Positions 1 through 11,553 of a DNA stretch of 64,000 bases are shown here, piece by piece. This DNA is from Eledone cirrhosa (taxonomy: Eukaryota). Position numbers and translations under genes: made by a program. Positions within the stretch are counted from its first letter, which is position 1. Each line of letters starts with the position of its first letter. Location of the stretch: NCBI GenBank assembly GCA_964016885.1, contig OZ024740.1, positions 292,330,001 to 292,394,000 on the forward strand, written 5' to 3'. The notes under the pieces were generated by a model that worked only from the letters and a program-made list of their open reading frames with translations, was not told where the DNA came from and made no database searches.

Positions 1-80
1 AAAATTGGGATTATCACTTCTGATTGCCATTGCTTAAGTGGCTTTCCAGAGATCCAGTTGACCCGGCATACACGAGTCAG

Positions 81-519
81 CAGGGCCGGATTTAGATTTG
101 ATGAGGACCTAAGCTATTTGAGATAATGGGGCCCTTTGTATATCCAGATGTCCTATGTCAGCGACAAATTGTCGCTGTTTTTTGTGTTTAATATACTATA
201 TATACTGCATTATTGGCAGTATCGGTAGAGGGTCGGACGCCATGCTTTCCAGCGTGGTTACGTCCCTTTACCATCTGAGTTCAAATCCCGCCGAGGTTGA
301 CTTTGCCTTTCATCCTTACGGGGTCGATAAAATAAAGTACCAGTAATACACTGGGATAATTGCTGGCCTTGTGCCTAAAGTAGAAACAATTATTTTAGTT
401 CTTTTTTATCTTATATTTTGGAAATGTACACACCGTTTTTTTTTCAATTTTTTCGGGGCCCCAAGAAAGTGGGAGCCCTAAGCTATAGCTTGTTTAGCTT
501 ATACGTAAATCCCACTCTG
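81..519. mobile_element. hAT-type MITE with perfect 8-bp TSD
   Basis: Termini CAGGGCCGGATTTA / TAAATCCCACTCTG (imperfect TIR). TSD CGAGTCAG at 73-80 and 520-527. Confidence 0.85.
212..393 (+). mobile_element. Octopod tRNA-derived SINE (family A), nested in the hAT MITE
   Basis: A-box-like TGGCAGTATCGG, B-box GAGTTCAAATCC, body GCCTTTCATCCTTACGGGGTCGATAAAATAAAGTACCAGT and tail GTAGAAACAATTATT, shared with many copies in the window. Confidence 0.85.
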
Positions 520-665
520 CGAGTCAGCCAGAGAATGCCTTCTCTAGTTAAGGCTTTTAATATGTCGGATCGGATTTCATCTTTCCCAGCAACTTTGCCA
601 CATTTGAGCTCTTTAACTGTTGTTGTGACCTCAGCTTCTGAGAGATTAGTCACTGCTCCCAGTTG

Positions 666-2790
666 TTTAACGAAGTGTATTAGTAGTAGTTAGAAATTGT
701 TAGATGAAAAGACATGAATAGCGATTTACTTTATATATAAAAAGGTTTACTTCGTTTCAATCAAAAAGAATAATAAACAAGTTACCACGAATTGCGAAGG
801 TTGACAATGTTACTTTTGTTGTTGGTTCATGAGGCTGGTGTAGTCTGAGACCATAGTGAGAGAGCGTAATGGTCTGTAGTTGACTGTAGACCACTGCGGC
901 CTGAAGGTAGAGGTGAATTTTTCACATAGCTTGTCTGTATCGTGGTGCTCCGATCTTTCTGTATCTAAGGTGGGAAAATATAGGCTTTATATACCTGTCG
1001 CTTTCTGTCTCCCACCTTGAGGGGATAGCCCACGCATGAACCGGTTCACACCAAAAGGGTGGTGACCTAGAGTTTGACCTTTAGGTGTCACCCAAGGTTC
1101 AAGGTGTGGACAGATATCGCTACATTAGTTCCCTACCCAGATCGATGCAGGAGCAGCGATCGATTATAAAAGGGGTAGCGAAATCTGATCCCAGAAGCGT
1201 ATCCCAAAACACACAAAATGTGGGTACTGCGCCCGCACTTCGAGTGCAGAGAAATTTGGAGAGAGAAAAAAAAATCGTATAACTGTGTATGCAGGTGTGA
1301 GTGTGTAACATTTAGAAGAAACTGTAAAAATACAAAGTTGTGATCATGTATTTCGAACTGTTGTGTATGGATGGCTGAACGTTGGGGTTAAGGTATCGAA
1401 TTACGATATGATAACACAGAGGACTATTTCTCTCGATGTATCATCATACGTAAGATTCTCTTCCAGTGAGTCGAGGTTTACGCTATGACATGAGTGTGTG
1501 CAATTTTGAGTTGCGTGCCTGAGTGAGTTCAAGCGTGTCTGAGTGACTCCAGGCATGTGCCCGTGGGTTGTTTATCATGTGTTTAATAGCTGTTGCCGAA
1601 CCTCGACCCGTTGAATCTCGATGTATTATCATACGTAAGATGCTTTTCCAGTGAGTCGAGGTTTATGCTATGACATGAGTGAGTGCAATTTTGAGTTGCG
1701 TGCTTGAGTGAGTCCAAGCGAGTAGTAACCGTGGGTGTGTTTCTCTGTTGTCGTACCTCGACCAGTTGAAAAGTGATCTCGCTGAGACCCAACCGAATCC
1801 AGAATATACCATAGACAAAAACATGTTGGTGTGTGACAAAGAAAATGATGTGTGTTTGATGCAAAACGTGTTATTCATACAGGCATATAATACAGTAAAA
1901 CGAATAAAAAAATAAAAATGACATTCATATATAACCTGTAAAAAAAATTAAAACAAATATTTATATAATTATATATTATTGGCAACATGACCCTCCCAAA
2001 GTATAACAATATTTATATAATTGTTCTTTACAAAAAGTTCAGTTTTCTCTTCTTTATGTGGTCGTTTTGTTGCTAGGAAGCTAGTAGTATTGTCTGTTAC
2101 GAAGCAAGTGGTGAAGTGTTTGGTAATGAATAGAAACATAAAAGCGAAGTCACTAAATATTCCGTAGAATGGAAGTTTGGTGAATAATTTGAAAAAGTGA
2201 AAGTTTTATCATATCGTACCATATAGAGGAAGTTTGGTGAATAATTTGGAAAAAAAAGTTGCGTGTTGTTTTCTTTTCTTTTTTTAAATACCACTTCGTA
2301 TTTTTTTTTAATCACGTCGGGTTCACCAATTTAACGAAGGGTATTTTAAAGAAATTGTTAGAATGATTATAACATGATTGTTGTTGAAATAACAAGAATG
2401 GCCGATTTACTTTATATATAAAGGTTTACTTCATTTCAATCAAAAAGAACAATAAACAAGTTACCACGAGTTGTGAAGGTTGACAATGTTATTTTTGTTG
2501 TTGGTTCATGAGGCTGGTGTAGTGAGAGAGCGTAATGGTCTGTAGTTGACTGTAGACCACTGCGGCCTGAAGGTAGAGGTGAATCTTTCACATAGCTTGT
2601 CTGTATCGTGGTGCTCCGATCTCTCTGTATCTAAGGTGGGAAAATACAGGCTATATATACCTGTCGCTTTCTGTCTCCCACCTTGAGGGGATAGCCCACG
2701 CATGAACCTGTTCACACCAAAAGGGTGGTGACCTAGAGTTTGACCTTTAGGTGTCACCCAAGGTTCAAGGCATGGACAGATCTCGCTACA
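666..2790 (-). mobile_element. Non-autonomous LTR retrotransposon, Ty3/Gypsy CsRn1-like
   Basis: LTRs of ~460 bp at 666-1124 and 2330-2790 (minus-strand TG...AA). 4-bp TSD GTTG (662-665, 2791-2794). PBS TGGTGAACCCGACGTGAT (2311-2328, minus) is one base from the tRNA-Trp PBS. PPT-like CTGGGTAGGGAACTAA at 1125-1140. The 1.2-kb interior has no gag or pol. Confidence 0.88.
1431..1719. repeat. Direct duplication of ~105 bp inside the LTR element
   Basis: TCTCGATGTA...GAGTGAGT(T/C)CAAGCG at 1431-1535 and 1616-1719. Confidence 0.8.
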
Positions 2791-3034
2791 GTTGCACCTA
2801 ATGTACAACAGAAGACAACAAAGTATTCTCTCCACCTTGCGAGGATGCACATCTCTGGAGAGAGGTGAACCCCAGACGCGTTCTTAACAGCAGGTGTTGA
2901 GGGGGAGGACTTCTTATTACGAAGTCGGCGGATGGTCTGTCAGAACACTTTATTTGTTTATTTGAAGTCGGATTACAGCTTAACCCCAAAGTTTTCCCAT
3001 GTCTTAACTTTGGACGAGCGATTTTTCGTACCTA

Positions 3035-3700
3035 ATAAACAGTGTGGTTTGCGCCCCGCACACAGCTCAGCCAATCAAATATTCATGCTGTGGCAGGTAT
3101 TCGAGAAAAGAAGTATATTCTTGTTTTGTTGACCTTGAAAAGGCATATGACCGCGTTCCTCATGACCTGTTGTGAAAAACTGTGCAGGAGTATGGGATTG
3201 ATGGTCAGCTTCTTGCTGCTTTGATGTCGCTATATGTATGCCTGAGTAGTTGTGTTCTGATAAATGGTGCTAAATCGAAACCATTCAATGTGGGAGTCAG
3301 ACTCTGCTAAGGTCTCGCACTGTCACTTCTCCTGTTCATTATTTACATGAAGGGCGGTGGATTGGCAGTATCGGTAGAGAGTCGGACGCCATGCGTTCCA
3401 GCATAGTTACGTCCCTTTACGATCTGAGTTCAAATCCCGCCGAGGTTGACTTTGCCTTTCATCCTTACGGGGTCGATAAAATAAAGTACCAGTAATGCAC
3501 TGGGTAATTGCTGGCCTTGTGCCTAAAGTAGAAACAATTATTTACATGAACAGGATTGACATGGGCAGCCGGGTTGGAAGTGGCATCATGACAGACAAGT
3601 GTAAAATCAGTTGGCTGAAATTTTCAGACGACATGGTGTTACTTAACTTGACAGACGATAATCTTCAATTTGCACTTGGTAGGTTTGATGCCGAGTGTTG
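3035..3700 (+). pseudogene. RTE LINE RT fragment interrupted by a SINE
   Basis: QCGLRPAHSSANQIFMLWQVFEK, FVDLEKAYDRVP, LLFIIYMNRID, LKFSDDMVLL, with stops and frameshifts. Confidence 0.8.
3352..3536 (+). mobile_element. Full-length SINE family A with 14-bp TSD
   Basis: TSD ATTATTTACATGAA at 3338-3351 and 3537-3550. A and B boxes present. Confidence 0.92.
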
Positions 3701-4500
3701 TATGGCCCCATCGCCCAGCACTTCTGCTCCACCCGTCATTCCGCCCGCAACCTATCCGCCTGCGGTGTGATTGTGTGCTCTGGAACCCCGGATTCACGAC
3801 TGAGGGTCGAGCAGCATAACATTTTCCGGCTTCAGACCTGAAACACCACTGGTTTGAACCCCCCCCCCCCCTCCTCACAGAGACCAATAATCCACGAACT
3901 GATCCCCCCTCCCACTAACTACTAACTTCACTAACCACCTCTTCTCTCTACACTCAATCACCCACACACCCCTGCCCTCACCTCACCGTCTACCCACTAA
4001 CCTCCTCCACTAACTTGCAACTTTCTCTCTCCCAACCCTACTAACCTCAACACAACACCCACCCACACCTTGCCACCCCACTAACACTATTAACCACCAA
4101 AACTCCACCAACCTTGTCCCGTTGTCACTACTTTCCCCTCCATCCTTTCTGCTTTGACTTACCACTCCTTCCGGTTGCGTGCGCCACCACTTCTATTTCA
4201 CATCCTCTTTCCATCTTCTTCGCCATCAACTTTGGATTCGACTGCACGTTCTTACCCTGTCCATCAACGTCCAGATCCTAACCATCTGCACACACACCCA
4301 TACAGGAACATACACACGAACAGACATGTACACTATTCACACACTAATCCATTAACCCACAACACCCATATACATACCACCCACGTGTCTGTACTTACTA
4401 TTTAACACATGTTCACACACACTCGCTTCTTTTCAGACACACACGCTTTACTCTCCGCCGTCTCTTCCTAGACAGCTCTCTCAGGAATGTGATGCCGCTG
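3700..4500 (+). mobile_element. Penelope-like element 3' relic (GIY-YIG C-terminus plus pyrimidine-rich tail)
   Basis: Frame PIAQHFCSTRHSARNLSACG...RLRVEQHNIFRLQT*NTTGLN resembles the PLE GIY-YIG end (PVAxHF...RExxxIxxLxTxxPxGLN). Confidence 0.6.
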
Positions 4501-4514
4501 ATTAAGAAGATCAG

Positions 4515-4972
4515 TATGGCTTAGTGTCCCCGCCAACCGGCTAGCGTTCTACAAACCAAATATAAATGTTAGCATCTCACATTACTAGTTGGGCTTACAG
4601 TCGTGAGATTCTGAGTTCGATTCACGAACAGAGCGAAGCGCTGTGTCCTTCAGCTAGACACTTTATTTCACATTGCTCCAGTTTACTCAGCTGTAGAAGT
4701 GAGTTGTGACGTCACTAGTGCCAAGTTGTATCAGCCTTTGCCTTCCCCTTGGACAACATCATATATAGTGTATATATATGAGTTTTGGCGTCATTGATGC
4801 CAAGCTGTATCAACCATTACCTTCCCCTTGGATAACATTGGTGGCGTGGCGAGGGAGACTGATATGCATAGGCGACTGCTGGTCTTCCACAAAATAACCT
4901 TGCCTCGTAGGTGAACGTTCTTGGTGCAAATTCCATGGTCATTCGTGACCGAAGGGGTCTTTACCCTTACCC
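4515..4972 (+). mobile_element. Octopod SINE family B (tRNA head, TTACCC tail), partly rearranged
   Basis: B-box GAGTTCGATTC, central GTGTCCTT..AGACACTTTATTTCACATTGCTCCAGT..CTCAGCTG, end GGGGTCTTTACCCTTACCC. Confidence 0.65.
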
Positions 4973-5392
4973 ACGGAAATGCCTTTGCAGTTTTGTCCGC
5001 CCCAATCCAGGTGTAGAGTCTGTCATCTTTTCCCTTTCCCCTCTCTTTCTTCCATTACCTAATAGTCCTTGCTCTTTCCCTCCTTTTCTTCTCATTTATG
5101 GCATTTATAGTCCTTTCTTCTACAGCCAGATCGGCCCTTCTTTACTCATTCCCCTTTTTTCATCACTTAATTTTTTTTATATTTTCATCATTGTATAACT
5201 TTTGTTTGTAAAATATGGTTGACATAATACGTTTATGTATAACAGATAAGAAAATATTTCCATCATTGTATAATCTTTGTAAAATATAGTTGACATAAAA
5301 AAGTAGTGAAGTGAGTTGTAAATATTAAAGTATTGTTATGATCAGTACATTTTATTTATCAAGGAAATTATATAATGAAGGTTTTAACTCGT

Positions 5393-5566
5393 TTATTTCT
5401 TATAATTAGGGTTCTCATAGCTTGTTGGGTATTTCTGTTCATTATCTAATGTCTCATATTTTGGCTCTTCGTCCAGATTGTTATACGTATTTTCCATAAT
5501 AATTTCTAGTGTACCGGTATTTAGAGTGCTTCTATTGTATGAACTCTCGCAGAAAGAAGAGGATGT
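5393..5566 (-). CDS. Putative terminal exon of a host membrane-receptor gene (cytoplasmic tail with Tyr motifs)
   Basis: Strong acceptor TTTTTAACTTTATTTCAG|ACA. Encodes TSSSFCESSYNRSTLNTGTLEIIMENTYNNLDEEPKYETLDNEQKYPTSYENPNYKK*. AATAAA lies ~40 nt past the stop (5351-5356, minus). Not TE-like. Confidence 0.55.
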   Translation of the reverse strand, partial: TSSSFCESSYNRSTLNTGTLEIIMENTYNNLDEEPKYETLDNEQKYPTSYENPNYKK

Positions 5567-5673
5567 CTGAAATAAAGTTAAAAAGAAATACAAAGAATCA
5601 CAGGCAGATAGTAAAACAGAAACTGCGTAAATATACTTAGGAATTTATGTATTTAGTAAACATACTAAACACA

Positions 5674-5866
5674 CGAGGGTCGGCAGAAAAGTTCATAGGC
5701 TGACCAAGATACTCTCATGGAATGACCAAATGAGATTTATTTTTCAACGTAGTCCTTGGAGAGAAACAAGATAGTTATGTATAAGAGTTGAAATTAATGT
5801 GTGCAGCATTTCAGTTGTAGCATCATTTTTTCATAATCAGCCTATGAAAGTTCCAGCCGACCCTCG
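5674..5866. mobile_element. Tc1/mariner MITE
   Basis: TIRs CGAGGGTCGGCAGAAAAGTTCATAGGCTGA / TCAGCCTATGAAAGTTCCAGCCGACCCTCG, with TA on the right side. Confidence 0.8.
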
Positions 5867-5902
5867 TACGTATTTGTAAATTGAAAAAAAAAAAAAAAAT
5901 TA

Positions 5903-5956
5903 TTGATAACTTTAATTGATTTTCGAACCTAGTTGAATTCTCATCAGAAGATCATC
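5903..5956 (-). ncRNA. Minimal type I hammerhead ribozyme-like motif
   Basis: Minus strand GATGATCTT CTGATGA GAATT-CAACTA-GGTTC GAAA ATCAAT TA AAGTTATC. A degenerate inverted copy lies at ~6395-6445. Confidence 0.55.
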
Positions 5957-5961
5957 TATTG

Positions 5962-6322
5962 CAGAGGTTCTCAAAGTGGGCGCTACTGCCCCCAGGATAA
6001 GGAGGGAGGGCGTTGAGAAGGTCAATGGGGCACTGGGGCCTAATGGGGTGGTAGAGATGATATAATAGTATATTAAATATCAATTGATATATATATATAT
6101 AAATATAGTAAAATAAAAAATATGTAATATCTATTTATACATAGTATATATATTATTTATTATATATAATTTAACGATTTTATTTATTATATATTATTTA
6201 CAATTTGCGTGTAGGTAGGTCTATCTGGAAATAGGGTTGGGGGGCGCTGAGGTTATTACGTGCCGTGATGGGAGAAGGGGGGGGGGGGGGGGTCAGTGGC
6301 CCCAAAAGTTTCAGAACCTCTG
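5962..6322. mobile_element. hAT (Charlie-like) MITE
   Basis: TIRs CAGAGGTTCTCAAA / TTTCAGAACCTCTG. Degenerate 8-bp TSD ATCTATTG / ATCTAAAG. Confidence 0.75.
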
Positions 6323-8004
6323 ATCTAAAGGAAACACGTAACCGAGGGACTTATATACTGCATCACTTTCTTTGTAGTTGTTGAGATGATTTACATATTT
6401 TCTCATGAGAACATAACCAAGTTCAAAAATCAATTAAAGATATTTTATTGTTTTTCAATTTATAGGGAAATATGCATGTTTAGCATGTTTACATATCTAT
6501 ATACTTAATGTGTGAATTTATATACACATTTATGCAGTCTTAGTTACCTTTATATTGTATATATACAGATATAAATTTATCAATATACTTTATAGTATTT
6601 GGCTACATCCCTTTACATTTTTAGTTCAAATCCTACCAATGTCCATTTTGCGTTTCTTCTTTATAAGTCGAAGCTTTCCTGTATCCAATGAAGGTTGTGT
6701 TGTGAACATCATTTAAAGGACTTTCTTCTTTGACCAGGCCCATAACAACCTTTTCAAGTTTCCTTTTGAAAGGAAGTTGAGCGTGAAGAGGGAAGTATTG
6801 CACTCCAATAAATTTGTTGAGCAGTGAATGAGGGTAGCAAACAGAAACATTGAGCATGCGCCAGTGGACCGGAGAACGAGAGCTGGGAGATGGCACTTAC
6901 TCTCGTTAGTCAAGGTAACTATGAACTCTAACGATCTTAGTCTTTGAACAGTAAAAAAAAATTGTAAATGGTGCATACTTTAATTTTTCTTATCTATTTC
7001 ATTCCTCATTCGACTCCAATGAAAACTTCGTAAGACTTGTGTAAGGGGTTTAGTAGTTGGCTGTCAGACCCAGAATTATTTACTTGAGTAAATATCACCG
7101 GAATCTAACTACTAAATTTTATACGGAAAAGGATAACAAACCCATGCAAGCATGGAACACGGACGTTAAACGATGATGATGATATTTACAAAACACCACA
7201 TCGAATACAAGTCTTCATTTTATTGTAACTCCGTTATAATTGTGGTACACAAATATCCTTGTACATATTTAGGTATAGTCCAAACTTGTGATTAACATAT
7301 TCATCTTCCATGTTATTGGTCCGAAGGAAAGCGGCAAAGAGAGTATACCTTCGGCAGCCAAAAGGTGAAAAGAGGGTAATTGATTTTGGTTGACGCTATT
7401 TATATCCTTTTTACCGGAAGTTACAAGAAGGTTCTAGAATTTCGACGGGAAGTAACTCTAGCTACTTCCTTTGTCTAGAGAGCGCTACAGGGGTTTAGGG
7501 ATAGATTTGTAAAGAGTTATAGCTTTTGGCATTCTCCGATGGCGTTAGCCTGCACTGAAGGAGAGATATTTCTATGTGATGACAATTTACCATTTTATCG
7601 ATATTCTAGCCATGATTATCTTGTCTTCGTTTCAGTTTATCTTGTAATATTTGAAAAACGCTTGGCTACATTTTCTCCAGGTAAAGTCTTCGCATAAAGG
7701 CTTCCGCGCTAACTCCTATATTATATAGGGCGAAGTGGACTCGGTTGTTGAAAATTAAGTATCCTATAGCCAAGAGTACAGTACTATTAGTGGCAAAATA
7801 TGAACTCTTGACCTCGGCACAGGTTGTACGGCGCTAAGCCTTTTCGGACATTCGGACATTCGCCCTTTCCATAAATATATACAAAAATGAGCCGATGCTG
7901 GAATCTTTACATTGTCACTTGACTTCCTAGCAGCCAATCATTCTGAAATCGCACTCTCCAGTCATAAAAAAGGAAAAAAGCAAATAGTGTAATATATATA
8001 TATA

Positions 8005-8365
8005 CAGTGTACCCCCAGCATTCGCAGTCCCGGTTATTCGCGGAATTTTCCTTAGAACCTAACTAATAATTGTTCGTCGAAACAACCGCATATTCGTGGA
8101 ATTGTTATTATCTTCCTCGATTTTTTTAATGCCTTTTTTCGCGGCAATAAATATATTTTTTAATGCTAAATTATTGACAACAATATACCGTATTTGCCAG
8201 CCTATTGGACGCCCCTTCGCATATGATGGTCCCTCTTTTTAAAATTATATTTTACGTTATATTTTGACGTTTATAGGCACTTTTATGGCCCACGTCCGAT
8301 ATTCGTGGTTTTTCACTCTTCGTAGGTACTCTAGGAACGTAACCCCTGCGAATACCAAGGGACAA

Positions 8366-8368
<3 letters not shown>
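8005..8368. mobile_element. Tigger/pogo-type MITE in (TA)n
   Basis: Termini CAGTGTACCCCCAGCATTCGC / GCGAATACCAAGGGACAACTG, flanked by TA repeats. Confidence 0.65.
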
Positions 8369-8405
<37 letters not shown>

Positions 8406-8436
8406 AGGAAGTTATAGTTCACTTGAAGCATTGTAT

Positions 8437-8793
8437 AATGAGGTATAAACATTTGAATTTGTAAAGCCAAAACAATGCAGGTATGGACATAGAATAAAAA
8501 ATGCAAATGCGAAAGATATTGTTGACAATTAGTCTTTTACCTTAGATTTATTTAAATGTCCTTAATTTTCGAGATAATATCTCTTCTTCGGAGGGAAGTA
8601 AGCTATTTAGAACACTGGTTTAACCACTTTACTTCCCTCCGAAGAGGAGATATTATCTTGAAAATTAAGGACATTTAAATAAATCTAAGGTAAAAGACTA
8701 ATTCTCAACAATATCTTTTGCATTTTCATTTTTTATTCTATGTCCATACCTGCATTGTTTTGGCTTTACAAATTCAAACGTTTATACCTCATT
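8437..8793. repeat. Fold-back with ~165-bp arms, each carrying a hammerhead-like motif (Penelope-like relic)
   Basis: 8437-8600 is the reverse complement of 8628-8793. Plus arm reads CCT CCGAAGA GGAGAT-ATT-ATCTT GAAA ATTA AGG (8635-8671). Confidence 0.8.
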
Positions 8794-8864
8794 TTAATTG
8801 AAAATTAGAATTGGCGCTCTGAAATAGCGATATATATATGAATGTATCTTTATTGCAAGAATAA

Positions 8865-10859
8865 TCAATATTTATGGGAACATTCCCTACCCCGAGTAGA
8901 CCCTATAGAGGGGCCAGCAGTACAAGTCAGCAGCAACGTAGTAAGTAAGGCAATCAAAGATATGAAGATGGGGAAGGCAACCGGTCCATCGGGTATAGCT
9001 GTCGAGATGCTGAAGGCATCTGGGTCTGTAGGTCACACTATAACCACACGTATTGTTAACCAGGTAATACTAGAAGGTGTCATACCAAAAGATTGGTGCA
9101 GTAGCATCATTGTCAACTGCTACAAAGGTAAAGGCGATGCACTAGATAGAGGAAACTATAGAGGTATAAAGTTGATGGACCAGGTCATGAAAGTAACAGA
9201 AAGAGTTATAGCACAGTTGATTAGGGACCAGGTGAAAATAGACGAGATGCAATTTGGGTTTGTACCAGGAAGAGGCACCACTGATGCCCTCTTCCTTGTG
9301 AGGCAGTTACAGGAAAAGTACCTAGCTAAAAGTAAGCCACTCTACTTGGCATTTGTCGACCTTGAGAAAGCCTTTGACAGAGTTTCACGTGCTGTAATCT
9401 GGTGGGCTCTTAGAAAACTAGGAGTAGATGAATGGCTTGTGAAAGCGGTACAAGCCATGTATAGGGGAGCAGTCAGCAAAGTTAGGATTAGCAATGAATA
9501 TAGCGAGGAATTTAGCGTACAGGTTGGGGTCCACCAGGGCTCTGTTCTTAGCCCCCTCCTGTTAATCATAGTCCTGCAGGCAATAACGGAGGAGTTTAAG
9601 ACCGGATGCCCATGGGAACTCCTGTATGCTGATGACCTCGCACTCATAGCTGAATCTATGGTAGAACTAGAGAAGAAATTCCAAACTTGGAAGCAGGGAC
9701 TAGAAAGAAAGGGTCTCAAAGTCAACATGACAAAGACTAAGGTCCTTGTAAGTAGACGAGAAAACAGAACCCAGATCCCCTCAGGGAAATGGCCTTGCTC
9801 AGTATGTAGGAAAGGTGTAGGTAGGAACTCCATTCTCTGCCCCAAATGCAAACAATGGGTACACAAGAGATGTAGCGGGATCTCAGGAAGCTTAATTAAG
9901 AATGTAGGCTTCACATGCAGCAGCTGTGCTGGGACAGCAAGCAGCAAACAGCCACAGGAAACAAGTACCACCAATCTCTGGGAGGGCTCTGTAGAAACAG
10001 TAGACAGCTTCTGCTACCTAGGTGACCGAATTAGCAGCGGAGGTGGGTGTTCAGAAAGTACAATAACTAGGGTAAGAACGGGATGGAAGAAGTTTAGGTA
10101 ACTACTACCACTGCTAGTTGCAAAAGGCTTCTCCCTCAGAATGAAAGGTAGACTGTATGATGCATGTATCCGAACAGCAATGTTGCATGGTAGTGAGACC
10201 TGGGCGCTGAAGGTGGAAGACTTACGTAGATTAGAGAGAAACGAAGCCTGCATGCTCCGATGGATGTGTAACAGTAATATACGTGAACGACAAAGCATAA
10301 ATGAATTGAGAGAGAGACTGAGCATAAGAGGAATCAAATGCTGTGTGCAGGAGAGGCGGTTGCACTAGTATGGACATGTGATGCGTATGAAGGATGACAG
10401 CTGCATAAAAAGGGACCCAAGATGACCTGGGATGAGGTGATAAAAGCCGACCTTACCCAATTACACCTCTCAAAGGCGATGACACACGACCGTGACCACT
10501 GGCGTCACGCAGTAATACAGAGTACCCGACCTCCCATGGGTACAAGCTGAAGCATATAGACAATATGCCCCCACACCCCCCACCGCAAGGTGGTCGTGGA
10601 GGTGCCACGGCAAAAAAGCACCCAGCCCACACTGTAAAGTGGACGTGTAGGCGCCACGAAAAAGCACCCAGCACTCACTGTAAATGAGGTTGGTGTTAGG
10701 AAGGGCATCCAGCTGTAGAAATCAAGCCAAATCAGTTCTTGTATGAGCAAGGCATGGTCAGCCGACCAGACACTGCCCACAACAGGATAACCTGTCTAAC
10801 CCATGCTAGCGTGGAAGAACAGACGTAAAACGGTAATGATGATGATGATGATGATAATG
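8865..10859 (+). mobile_element. 5'-truncated RTE LINE with PHD-like finger, nearly intact RT and (GAT)n tail
   Basis: ORF 8842-10101 has QFGFVPGRGTTDA, FVDLEKAFDRV, GVHQGSVLSPLL, LLYADDL and CSVC...CPKCKQWVHKRC...CSSC. Premature stops at 10099 and 10366. GAT repeats at 10838-10859. Confidence 0.95.
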
Positions 10860-11280
10860 AGTGTATTTTGCAATACACTGTATGCTTAATTAAAAGCATT
10901 TCGAAGACCTTATGCTATTGTTTTAGAGTAGTGACTGCAAAATACACTATATATACATTCATATATATATCGCTATTTCAGAGCGCCAATTCTAATTTTC
11001 AATTTCTGCTTGACCGGCAACCGCTCTGTATAATCAGTTCCTGATTATTACTAAAAATTCCATAAGAATCAAACATTCATGATTTTCAGCAAACAGGTGG
11101 AGTACTTGGCTTTGATAATTACCAATCAGTACGAAACATAGCTCTGTCAGCTTTATCTCCCCTGTTTGCTGAAAATTTAAAGTGAAACTGTCACTACTCT
11201 AAAACAATAGCATAAGGTCTTCGAAATGCTTTTAATTAAGCATACAGTGTATTGCAAAATACACTATATATACATATATA
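10860..11280. repeat. Remainder of a fold-back Penelope-like relic that the RTE inserted into
   Basis: 10860-10935 is inverted with 11190-11265, and 10953-11003 is inverted with 8798-8848. Decayed hammerhead GGCT TTGATAA TTAC-CAATCA-GTAC GAAAC ATAGCTCT GTC AGCT at ~11108-11152. Confidence 0.7.
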
Positions 11281-11553
11281 TATATATACATAATCGGAGA
11301 AAGCTAAAAGTGATACTCCGGCCAAATTCCAACTCACTCAACAAACATTAGGAAATACCTGAGTATATTCCCAATTAAACGTTTGGGGTGCTAACTATAT
11401 TGTATTGTGTGGATAATTGGCTGTATTATTTCATATGAGATATATCAAATATATATATGTATGTATGTAAAAGGTAAACTGAAATAACAACACAATCGGT
11501 ACAGTATATGGAAGGGATATATTAGGTTAACACTTGATATAGCAGGAAGAGGG

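Larger units (their letters stand above)
1..2880 (-). mobile_element. Degraded RTE-clade (Rex3/Expander-like) LINE fragment, split by a hAT MITE and an LTR element
   Basis: Removing 81-519 and 666-2790 rejoins a minus-strand frame: ILARWREYF (~2830-2860), ISEAEVTTTVKELKCGKVAGKDEIRSDILKALTREGILWLTR (520-650), VCRVNWISGKPLKQWQSEVIIPI (1-72). This is the region just upstream of the RT domain in RTE ORFs. Confidence 0.75.

Noticed and set aside
3352-3445. tRNA gene
   Set aside because: The A and B boxes belong to a SINE head; there is no cloverleaf, and a SINE body, tail and TSD follow.
5440-5490. Canonical ITAM
   Set aside because: The YxxL motifs are 5 residues apart rather than 6-8, so it is described only as ITAM-like.
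9342-9974. Long antisense ORFs (also 20117-20695, 32824-33258, 62043-62399)
   Set aside because: Shadow frames of LINE coding strands.
8842-10101. Functional RT gene, retron or group II intron
   Set aside because: It is a 5'-truncated RTE LINE with in-frame stops, and its ATG comes from flanking sequence.
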